Shown here piece by piece: positions 52,001 through 64,000 of a stretch of DNA of 64,000 bases. Source of the stretch: Rhynchobatus australiae (Eukaryota); NCBI GenBank assembly GCA_034780895.1, contig JAUZTB010000042.1:28942624-29006623 (forward strand), in the 5' to 3' direction. The notes under the pieces were generated by a model. The model worked only from the letters and a program-made list of their open reading frames with translations, had not been told where the DNA came from and made no database searches. Each line of letters starts with the position of its first letter. The stretch's first letter is position 1. Position numbers and translations under genes: made by a program.

Positions 52001-55000
52001 ATAGTTGATGTGTATGTCCTGACCTCCAGCAATAGTTGTTTCTCTTTTACTTTTAGTGGTGTGTATTAGCAACCTCTTTCATCAAAAGAGATCACCATGC
52101 TGTGCAAAGAGAATGTATTAAACCAAAAAGTCTAGTTTTACTGTTATTTTTTTTAATATTCAGAAAGTAGTAATCATTTGGGTCCAACAAGTTAAGAACC
52201 AGACTGGACTTTACAATAGCAAAATTTTCTTGTTTGCTATTTTCTGTGATAGAAGTAGTGTTGGAAACATCTACATTTCAAAAATTAGTGACAATGGAAA
52301 TTTGTCCTCCTAAAGTACAATCAAAAATGTGGTTTGTTTTGCAAGATCATTAAGAAGTATTGCACTCATAAAAGTGCTTTTCAATTAAAATTCTGATTGT
52401 CTTTTTTAATTTCTTGAGTATTCTTATATATACTGTGGTGTCTTTGTGTTTGACACAACGACCAGGCAGTGCACAAGTATGAACAAGCAAATCCCTGTTA
52501 AGTTATCTTGTTGCACTTTGTTGACAGCAATCACAGAATGTTCAGAAATTTCATACTGTCCTGTGAAGCTCTGTGCAAATTGTTAAGCTGCAAGGTAGGG
52601 ACTTTCTGATGTCCATGTTAGTTGAGTAATTCCTCCAAATAACTGTAGTAAGCTCAGTCCTCTAGGCTCTAAATGAACACTGCAGTCTGACAGAGTTGAT
52701 TCACAGTATGATTCATCTTNNNNNNNNNNNNNNNNNNNNNNNNNNNNNNNNNNNNNNNNNNNNNNNNNNNNNNNNNNNNNNNNNNNNNNNNNNNNNNNNN
52801 NNNNNNNNNNNNNNNNNNNTAAATGAACACTGCAGTCTGACAGAGTTGATTCACAGTATGATTCATCTTGTTTGACCTCTCCACACATTAAAACAGAAGA
52901 GGCCTTGTGCCAAACACACATTCAGAACTGCCACTGAAATCTTTCCAGCTACAAGTGCCACATCATATTCCTGAGCTATAGTAGTAAAATAAATGTTACA
53001 TTTCTATCAATATTTATACTGGCAAACATCCTGTTTAGGTCAAAAGAAAGAAGTCTAGTCATTTTGTCACTTAACCAGCATTTAAAATTAAACAGATGAA
53101 AGATGACGAAGCCAGCAGTATTTTGGTTTGTACAGAGTATAAACACTGGCATGGATCAGTTAGTTGAATGTCTCATTTCGCCGTGAAAAATGTACTTCAA
53201 TAATTTATTGTTCTTGTTAGAGTATATCTGATTGCATTCTGTTTGTCTGCTTACATTTGCTTTAGTATTCTGAGTTCCATGTGTTTTTGTTTGCAAATTT
53301 TATCCTATCAATACTGATAGCTACTATAGAAAACTAAAATTAAAATACATAATGACCCTCCTGAAATATTAGGAAACCTTTCTTTCAGATGGTGGCTGAC
53401 CTGATTTCTTAGTTTTTATTACAGTACTCAAATATTACCGCAGTCCACTAATCAAATTATTGGCCACACTATGTTTTATCTTACTAAATGCCTGCATTCT
53501 CATGAACAAAGTTGTGATGTCTCCCCCATTCCTTCAATCCCTCTATCAGGATCAACTCGCCTTTCCTCTTCTCCTTCAAGGTGTACCTTCTGTCAACTTC
53601 TGTTTCTGCACTGAGCAACCTCTTATCCCTGGTGACTACAATCTCCATTTTCAGCAGAGGTAGAGAAATGGTAAGATGCTTTGCAGGGTCATGAAGATTG
53701 ATGGACCTGCACTTCAGCTCCACTTGGCATTCTTTTCACTTTGCTCAACCTTCCCCTCCACGTGACCATGCTCCAACCCTATCAATGCAAGCACTCTCAA
53801 GCTTTTTGAAGTGTTCTCCAATCATTTTCTTCTTCAACGTGGGGTCCTTGTCCTGGAAATCCCTCTCCAGCAGTATTGCAGGTTCCTTTACCAGAACAGC
53901 AGCAGTGATTTAAGAAGGTAGCTCACCACCACCTTCTCATGGCCTATTAGAGATGCACAAAAAATCCTAGTTATGAGAAGATGGCCACATTCCCAACAAA
54001 TAAATAAATTAAAAATAAAAATCAGTACAAACTCGACTTGCCCTTCCAAAACATGTCCTGTTATTTCTCCTCCTCTATCACTCTGCTATCAACATCTGCT
54101 TTCTTGGCTCTGTAAATTGTTTCATTCCAAATGCACTTTAGCCCCAGTACCCCAGATCCATGTTCACCAATGGCTTCCCAGCAGGCTAAGATATATATTG
54201 TCACATAATTTGCATCTGCTGTCCTTGTCCTCTGTGTGTGGAATTAACCTGACCTTGAAAGATACACCATCAGTTTCCATTCTGGATTTATCCTCGAGTA
54301 GTCACTAAGAGAATTTGATAGGGTTGAGATGAAAGATGAGTCAGTGATCATCTCGAATCCTATGTCCATTTCCTCAATGAAGACCAATAAAGAAATCTAG
54401 GCACAAATTCTACAAAGTGTCCACTTATTGACCCACCACNNNNNNNNNNNNNNNNNNNNNNNNNNNNNNNNNNNNNNTTGTTGTTTTCAGAAAATCTTTT
54501 TGAAACATATTTGACCATGCCTTTGCCCCTATCCAGTTACCTGTGCTCACCACTTCCTTTATGTCTATTCACAGCCCCATTACTCCATCTGGCTGTCTCA
54601 GAGATGTATCTGTACAATGTTATGGAAGTGCATATGTTTGTCATTTCTTTGTTCAGTTGTGTAATGTTATGTAACAATGTTATAATGTTGTTTAAATTTA
54701 CCTAATAAGTAAAATTTATGATGTTTTAGGTTACCAGGAAAGCTATTGTGCCAATAAAGGCCATGCCATTTCTTTGAAGTAATGTCCAATTTAATCTCAC
54801 ACCATAATTTTTCCTTTAATACTGCAAAATAGTTTATATTAACAAATTATTTTAGTAAATTTAATTTGTAAAATAAGTCATAAATTTCTTATCCTATTCT
54901 TGATCAAGATGTTAAATAAATAATGCAGAATTTCCCATTCTCTGCAATTAATGACAGGAATCAAACTACAAAATGCTTTGCAAAAAATGAGAATGGATTG

Positions 55001-55362
55001 GAAATACAGGATTAATGGGATTGAAGGAGTGGTCAGATATTCATCAGGACACATTGCCTTTAGTGCTGTTGGAGTTGGTGAAGGAGAGTGGGTGTTATAT
55101 GTGAAGAAATCCAGTTAAGTTTTAATCAAGGAATGGGATGCACAGATAAATAATCGGGTGTGTCAGCTCATTACTTTTAGGATGCCACCTACACAAGAGA
55201 TTCAGTTCGTAAGTGGAATGCATGAAATGATCAGCTGTACATGATCTGTACCAGTAATTTATTCTAGTTCCATACTACTGCTTAACATGCCAGGCTAGCA
55301 TTTTTTTTTTAAATAATGCATGAACTAAAATTTCAATCATCCTGTCTTTTATATCCATGCAG

Positions 55363-55480
55363 GACTGTGGGTTGATAATCCAGCCTGACAAACCTTGTGG
55401 CCTGCAGCCAGTGTCAAACGGTTACCTCTCAGCAGTTGATCAGAGGCAGATTCAAACCTGCAAAACAGGGGATGCCAAAG
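55363..55480 (+). CDS. CPED1: CPED1 internal coding exon C (absent from the ORF track)
   Basis: Acceptor cttttatatccatgcAG (55361-55362), donor GTTGGT at 55481; phases 0 to 1. Translation DCGLIIQPDKPCGLQPVSNGYLSAVDQRQIQTCKTGDAK directly continues exon B, as in CPED1 (Q|DCGLLIHPEETCGLQP). Confidence 0.93.
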
Positions 55481-56389
55481 GTTGGTAATCATCACTGTGG
55501 TCAAGATGGTTTTCATAAAATATTGTAGTCAGCAGGAAACCCCTGTCGTGTACTGTAAAGCAAAGATGAAATTTCTGACTACATATCATTTAAATTATGG
55601 CTTTAGTACCTTTTCTTCTCTGCAAGAGTATGTATATCATACACAAATAAGTTGACAGTATTTTCTGTCTTCATATCCTGTTGGAAGAAGATGGAAGGTA
55701 TTAGTAGACCCCAGGTGAAACATGTATGGGATGAAATCAAATTTTGACAATAGTAATTAATGGAATTAAATTTTTAGCATACAATTCATATTTGAAACTT
55801 GCATACTGGGGGAAAATGTATTTGCTGGGAAATACATGTAGAAAGTTCACATGCTTGTTTACTGTAAACATTCATTTGACTAGTTGAAGTATCTAAGGCA
55901 AAGCTAATTAGAGAAAATTATGCAAACTGGAAAAATCTGGACATGTCCACATTTTTGTACATTCTTGGTGACTAGAACTAAGATCCATTGGAATTTCCAA
56001 GAAAGAAAGGAGGACTACGAGTGAGTTCAAGATTTACCTAGTAAGGTAGGTGGTGCAAGGAGCAGCCAACTGGAACACCATTTTAAGGAGCATCCACTGG
56101 ATCTAGCTTAAGCGTACCTACTTTATTCATAAACACAGTACCTTGTGAGGAAAAAAAAGTTGAAAAATAACGTCAAGTTGAAATGTCCTCTGAAAGTCAT
56201 GTAGAGAAATTCATTTTTTAATTGCTGAAGCTGTGGTGATAAAGGAGAGGATCTCAGGACTTTGACCCAGCAGCAAGAATGGAACATGAACATCGATTTC
56301 TGCTGTTGTTCTCGTGAGTCTGTTGAACTCAGCCCACTAAATGCTGGATATCATTTGTTTGGGGCAAATAGTCAAAGTAATTTGCCAAG

Positions 56390-57565
<1,176 letters not shown>

Positions 57566-59349
57566 TGACTTTAATTGCTATTAGTACTCTTATACAGTCA
57601 TTTACTGCAAGATGACATAAACTCTAAATGATTGCTACATGTAATGAATTAAAGTTTGATGGAAATTTATACCGAACTGAAATAACATTTCTACATATAC
57701 TTGAATAAAGTAATGATACATCCCTTTGGTATGTATAAAGAAACTGCTCAATACAGTGAAAGCTGTAACACTGAATGGAGATGGACTTCTTCACAGGGAA
57801 AAGTGTTGAAAACTAGAATTTCTCCAATCACAGTGTTGCTCTGAAAAATAGCAATCACTTGTGTCTGTATCAAAAGAGAAATAAACCACAAAATTTTGAA
57901 TCAGTTCAGTTTAGATTTTATTCACTTAAATATAGTTATCATTCCTTACAATTTAAATGCATGTGTTTAGATTGTGTTAAGCCACAGTACTTGTACTNNN
58001 NNNNNNNNNNNNNNNNNNNNNNNNNNNNNNNNNNNNNNNNNNNNNNNNNNNNNNNNNNNNNNNNNNNNNNNNNNNNNNNNNNNNNNNNNNNNNNNNNNNN
58101 NNNNNNNNNNNNNNNNNNNNNNNNNNNNNNNNNNNNNNNNNNNNNNNNNNNNNNNNNNNNNNNNNNNNNNNNNNNNNNNNNNNNNNNNNNNNNNNNNNNN
58201 NNNNNNNNNNNNNNNNNNNNNNNNNNNNNNNNNNNNNNNNNNNNNNNNNNNNNNNNNNNNNNNNNNNNNNNNNNNNNNNNNNNNNNNNNNNNNNNNNNNN
58301 NNNNNNNNNNNNNNNNNNNNNNNNNNNNNNNNNNNNNNNNNNNNNNNNNNNNNNNNNNNNNNNNNNNNNNNNNNNNNNNNNNNNNNNNNNNNNNNNNNNN
58401 NNNNNNNNNNNNNNNNNNNNNNNNNNNNNNNNNNNNNNNNNNNNNNNNNNCTCAATTCATTATTTAGTAATTAGTAACTTTTTATCCATTTTGCTTGTTT
58501 ATGGAAAATGCCCAATTTCTGGCTTTCAAAGCATTAATGTTTGGTTGCAACAATATGCAGCAGGTTATGCTGTAGCCCACTCTTTTAATGCTGCTACATA
58601 TTCCTGAGGCCCTCATTGCAGAATCATAGAGTATTACAACATAGTGGGAAGTTCATTCAGATAGTTATTCCTGTCATGTAGTATTAGCTCTTGCTTACAG
58701 AGAATGGATTGAAGGTCCAGTTGACCACTCTTGGAAATGAACCTATACACTAAAAACATTGAGAAATGTTGGTAATGCCACCTTTGCTAGAAATACAATA
58801 CCACTTTAGTGCACTCAGAAACAATGAACTAAGTCATCAGTAATGAATCTATCACCAGATCAGCACTATTTTCAAGGGAAATAATGGATAATTTACAGTG
58901 ATTAACTTGTTACAAGGGGGGAGAAAATGAGGTTGTATTTTTGCTCATTCAAAGATAGTAGAAACTTGCAAGCCAGAAGAAGGTCATTTTAATCCCATAA
59001 TTCTATATTTTGCCCATTATCATGCAAGTTTCGCATGTTCCAACTTCTGTTTAACGATTGAAAATCAAATGCTAGAATTCTCATCAATTCAGAAAAGCTC
59101 ACAGAAGCCGCAGGCAGTGATACAAATATGGCTTTATAGTTTCAGGATCAATGATCTTTCATCAGAGCCAGAGTATTACTGGGGCCTTCAATTGATGAGA
59201 GAAAAAGTGTGGAATTTTCAGGTTCTGAAATTCTCCTTTACTCTTCACAGATGTTGCCTGACATCCTGAACAATTCTAGCATTTTTTTTAATATCAAGTT
59301 TACAGCATCATCGTCCCCCTTTAAATTTACAGAATCTACTTCCTTGTTC

Positions 59350-59720
59350 AGGTAGCATCCTTCAGACCCGGCTTGCTCTCTCCGCAACTCCCTAGTTCAC
59401 TCGCCCCCACCCATCCCACTCCCACCCCGGGAATGATCCACTGCCCCTGCCATAGTTGCAATACCTGCCCCTTCATCACCTCGATCCAGGGATCCAAACA
59501 GTCCTTTCAGGTGAGACAGAAACATTGCAGGTGAGACCTGCACCTCCCTTCATATCATCTCCTGCATTCAGTGTTTCAAGTGTGGCCTCCTTTACATTGG
59601 AGAGACCAAATGCAGACTAGGTGACTGTTTCACAGAACACCTGCACTCTGTCTATAACCGCAATTTGCATCTCCCTGTTGCCAGTCACTTCAACTCCCCT
59701 TCCCACACTATCACTGATAA
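59350..59720 (+). mobile_element. Penelope-like element fragment (Cys-rich linker and GIY-YIG endonuclease)
   Basis: CHSCNTCPFITSIQGSKQSFQVRQ, then from 59536 TCTSLHIISCIQCFKCGLLYIGETKCRLGDCFTEHLHSVYNRNLHLPVASHFNSPSH, containing the YIGET..RL..R/C..EH signature. Confidence 0.85.
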
Positions 59721-61479
59721 AGAGGTGAGGCTTAAAGGGATTTGGTGATGAAAGCAATCCAGCTTCACTCTAATCCCTTTAGAGAACTAAGTTACCTTTG
59801 TGGAAGTAAAAATTGTGATTATAGTTTGATACTCCAGATGTATTGTGACTGGGAGCAACTGAGAAATGGGGAAAAGGAGCAAGTTACTTGCGTACTTTAC
59901 CTGACTTGTTTACCTTGTAAAGTGCAAGTAGCATCAATCAGATTTCTGTCTCAGGTAACAGGTAGAGACCACTTGCCCAATCCAACAACACTCTTTCACC
60001 TGGCAAGAGGTAGGATCATAGAATATTGATGACAGAGATAAAAGCCATTTGAAGTCAGTAAAGAGATACCTAGATTAATAACACCTTTCAGTATTAGGTC
60101 TGTAGCCCCATAGATTTTGGGTCATTAAATATGCAAAGTAATTTTTAATTATAATGAGGGTTTCAGCTTCTACCATACTTTGAAGCAATGCATTGCAGAA
60201 AGACAGTCAAAACAACTGCATGGGCACAGTACTCAGCAATTCAACATTCAACCTGCAGACATGGCCAGGTCACTTTATGTACCTTGTTGTTCCTTGCGCA
60301 ACTCTAATGCTAGCCCTCAACAGAGATGTTGCACTCACAGTTGTGACCTAGTCATTTTACACAGATTCATTGCTAACAAGTCATGGTCATATTTTGTCTC
60401 ATGTACTGCACTCAGTTCTAGACACCACATATAACAAAAAATATATTGTTAAAGGGGCAAATTACAGATTTGTTAAATGATAGCCTGACATTAAGAAAAA
60501 CAAGCTTAATTAATCACATAAAATGGCATGTAGACACTATATATCTTGAAATTGTTGTCATCTTAAAATACCATCAGTGAATTAAGCTAGTGGCTTTACA
60601 CAAGTTCCAAACTGGAAACAATCTAAGTAGCATTGACGAAACATTGCAACTGCTTATTTAACATGATTACAAAATTATAGCAAAATGCACTCTTGGCACA
60701 CCTTAGCATGTTTGTTCCATTAGAATCTCACAATAATCAATTCTAAGACAAACAGTTTGGTTAATTTATTTTTGTTCTTTATTATGCGCAACTTGAAGTT
60801 ATTTTATGGTTTTGCCAAAAGAAAACAAAATTAAAATCCAAATTAAAATGATTCCAATAGGAAATTTAATTTCATCTTAATTTTGGTAAATACTTATAGT
60901 TCGGGAAAGCCTTGATATTATTTCATAGCACACAAGGTAGTTTGGTCTTTTGAAAGAATTGAATTGATTTTTGACCTTTTCCCATTATCTTTACCTTTTT
61001 TTCCCCTCAGATATTAATGGCTTTTTAAAAAACAATTAGGAGCACTGTCTCTACTATGTTTCTTCTATTTTTATTGTTTTGGTGATGATGAGAAATTTAT
61101 GATCTCTGATTATTGACAGTGGAAAAAAGTATATTCCCTGAATATTATGATTATGCCTGTGAATTATGAAAATCTACATTAGTTCTCACTTTACCGATGA
61201 AAAGAATCTAAGTTCTCTGGCCTCTCATCCCCTACCTCTTAGAATGGATATACCTTTTTTTTTAGTAATGAAATAAATAGTTGGCCAAGTTTCATAAATC
61301 TTTGAGGTGAAATTTTTCGTAAGTTATAACACACTTTGTGATTAAGCAAATATTGGGCAGGATGTGGAATCCATAATGGTCTGTATTTGAAACAAAATGT
61401 TGGTATGATACAAGACAAATACCTAATAAAATTAAAACTAGTTAAAATAACAACCTTAAGTATGAAAGTCAAATGATAA

Positions 61480-61630
61480 AGATGCCGGAAATCCGACATG
61501 CTGTGAATACACAGAGGATTAGGTAAGATCTTTGGGAAGAGAAATTAGAATTAATCAAACATTAACTATAATTCTCCCACACAGACATTGTCTCATCTAT
61601 AGAGCATGTCCCACCATTTCTTGTTTTAAC
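61480..61630. repeat. Degenerate copy of the palindromic short element
   Basis: agatgccggaaatc...gaatacacag...tgggaagagaaa | aaacattaact...ctcccacacagac; same family as 21530-21722. Confidence 0.5.
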
Positions 61631-61721
61631 TCCTAAATGACAAGCCGTTTTATTTTCTACTTTAAGTGTGGTCTAGGTTGCAAATTTTTGTTCTTGAACT
61701 TGTTTCTTAAGTTTTTTTTAA

Positions 61722-62045
<324 letters not shown>

Positions 62046-62721
62046 TAAAACCTGGCCTTATTTGAAATGCACTGACTGCCTGGGCATAGCTTTGTGGGAA
62101 CTTTCTAATGCCCTTGGACTGAGTATTTGCTGGCTATTTGCTAAAACAATTCAATCAGAGAGTCTCTGGTCTGTAATGTGGTTTAACTCTAAATGATTAA
62201 ATTTATTGAGCAACCTGGAATAATTTCAATTTTTGATTCAATGTCTGGAAATAGCATTTAAATAAAGCAAAAATTAGGTTTCATGAGTGGTTTTCTACAC
62301 CAGTAGAGTGCATTTTAAAGTATTTCCAAAATTTGGGTATTCCAAGTATTCTCTGATTGATAATGGAGACCCACAACATAAAAAAGTTGAAAACTACTGT
62401 TTTATTTTTGATGCAGTATCTTGCAATACAAACTAAAATTTTTTTACATGAATTAAAATTAACTTTAAAATTTGCCAATGGAATTTAGAGAATCCCTGCA
62501 TTTCGATTCAGCCAGGTTGTTGTTTGAAAATCACAATGAAATTCTAGTGCTGTTGGCTACCAACAACTGAGAAATATACACTTGTTTTATGACTTTCTTT
62601 CAATCCTGTAGAAATGACATGCTTAAGAAAAAATTCACAGATGCCAACAATCATATTGTACCTCAACCAATTAGCAATTTTTCATTGAGTGTGATAGGTA
62701 TCACTGCTTTCTTGATCAAAA

Positions 62722-62940
62722 TGTAAAAAACTGCAGACACTAGAAATCTGCAATAAAAACAGAAAATGCCCATAATACTCAGCAGGCCAAGGAAAGAGAA
62801 ATGTAGTAAATGTTTCAGGATGATAACCTTTCGTTAAAACTCAACTGATGAGAGGTCATCCTGCTGAAACAATACCTGTTTCACTCTCCAGAGACGCTGT
62901 CTGAGCTGCTGAGTATTTACAATGTTTTGTGTTTTATTAT
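62722..62940. repeat. Palindromic short element with a hammerhead-like core
   Basis: Arms ataaaaacagaaaatg...aatactcagcagg and ctgctgagtatttacaatgttttgtgttttatt; CTGATGA at 62845-62851 and GAAAC at 62866-62870. Confidence 0.75.
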
Positions 62941-63129
62941 AGCTTTGTTAATCTTACCTTAACTGATATCTAAATCCTCACTGATTATCTCCACCAGAAC
63001 TGAGATCTTCCAGGCCCCTCTGCTTCTGCATTAAGTTATCCAGCACTGAGCCTTTACAAATTCAATTACATAATTACAGGGAAACTAGCAGAAGAATTTT
63101 GTTACCGAGTCTTTAAAAATTATAAATAA

Positions 63130-63312
<183 letters not shown>

Positions 63313-63734
63313 TAATACCAGGCATGGTGTATATTTGTACAATATCTGTTAGAAGAGAAGATACTATTAATGTAAATGAATAATTAACACAGACATCCCT
63401 TTTACTTGTCTATTTTCCCTTGGTAACCAAAATCCCCTGAGAACAATTGTGCCTCTTGCCAATCTTATCCACAATATTTTATCTTTGGAAGCCCTGGGTG
63501 CAGTCAGAACAAGTTCACTCACTCTAACTGACTTCATATCAACAAGGTTGTAGGGAGGTAATCTTATAAGGGCAATCCTTCATGAGAATCATCACAATGT
63601 CCTATGAGTGAACATTTGTCTCCCATACGGTGTCATCAGCAGACAATCACTCTTGTCCTTTCACTGGTGTATGATGCTGGGAATTATCTTTATAACTATT
63701 GAGTTTCAACTCTTTAATCTCTCTCTCAATTGAT

Positions 63735-63880
63735 GAAACAAAATGTTGAAAATACTTAGCAAATCAGGCAGCATCCATGATAATATTCTAATGAAAAACC
63801 AATCGGAAAGGTTAACTCTTTTTCTCTTTTCATGGATACTTCCTGATCCACTGAGTATTACCAGCATTTTGTGTTCATAA
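63735..63880. repeat. Palindromic short element copy
   Basis: Arms acaaaatgttgaaaatacttagcaaatcaggcagcatccatga and tcatggatacttcctgatccactgagtattaccagcattttgtg are mutually complementary. Confidence 0.7.
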
Positions 63881-64000
63881 CCTGAAGTGGTGGAACTGAT
63901 TCAATTTCTATTGGTTTTTATTGTCATCAGTTCCAATGTAAAGCTCGATTTCTGGTGCTTCCTTTTGGTTTCCTATTTTATTTTTATCTTCCAATGTATT

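Larger units (their letters stand above)
4971..55362 (+). other. Large phase-0 CPED1 intron (about 50.4 kb including N gaps)
   Basis: GT...AG bounded. Exons B and C are contiguous in the CPED1 protein, so no constitutive exon is missing. Confidence 0.88.

Overview
Eukaryotic, AT-rich, repeat-rich vertebrate DNA from a gapped draft assembly. The repeat repertoire points to a cartilaginous fish, probably a ray or other batoid (inference). The window holds six consecutive coding exons of CPED1 (cadherin-like and PC-esterase domain containing 1) on the + strand: 2813-2999, 4802-4970, 55363-55480, 57411-57547, 61812-62032 and 63210-63311. All have GT-AG boundaries and compatible phases, and they splice into one open frame of about 310 codons. 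That frame runs from the cadherin-like beta-sandwich into the GDS motif of the PC-esterase domain; the gene continues past both window ends. One intron of about 50.4 kb (4971-55362) makes up most of the window. The introns contain decayed CR1, L2, Rex1/Babar, RTE and Penelope-like retroelements, several SINE families and possible PIF/Harbinger relics, interspersed with non-repetitive blocks that may be conserved enhancers. I found no prokaryotic system, CRISPR array, RNA gene or nested protein-coding gene, and no clearly new biological system. The best leads are a candidate in-frame 15-nt microexon, an RTE element with an inverted 5' end, Penelope-derived palindromes with hammerhead-like cores around two exons, and candidate long-range enhancers. 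Gene and repeat identities come from recalled motif similarity, not database searches, and repeat coordinates are approximate.
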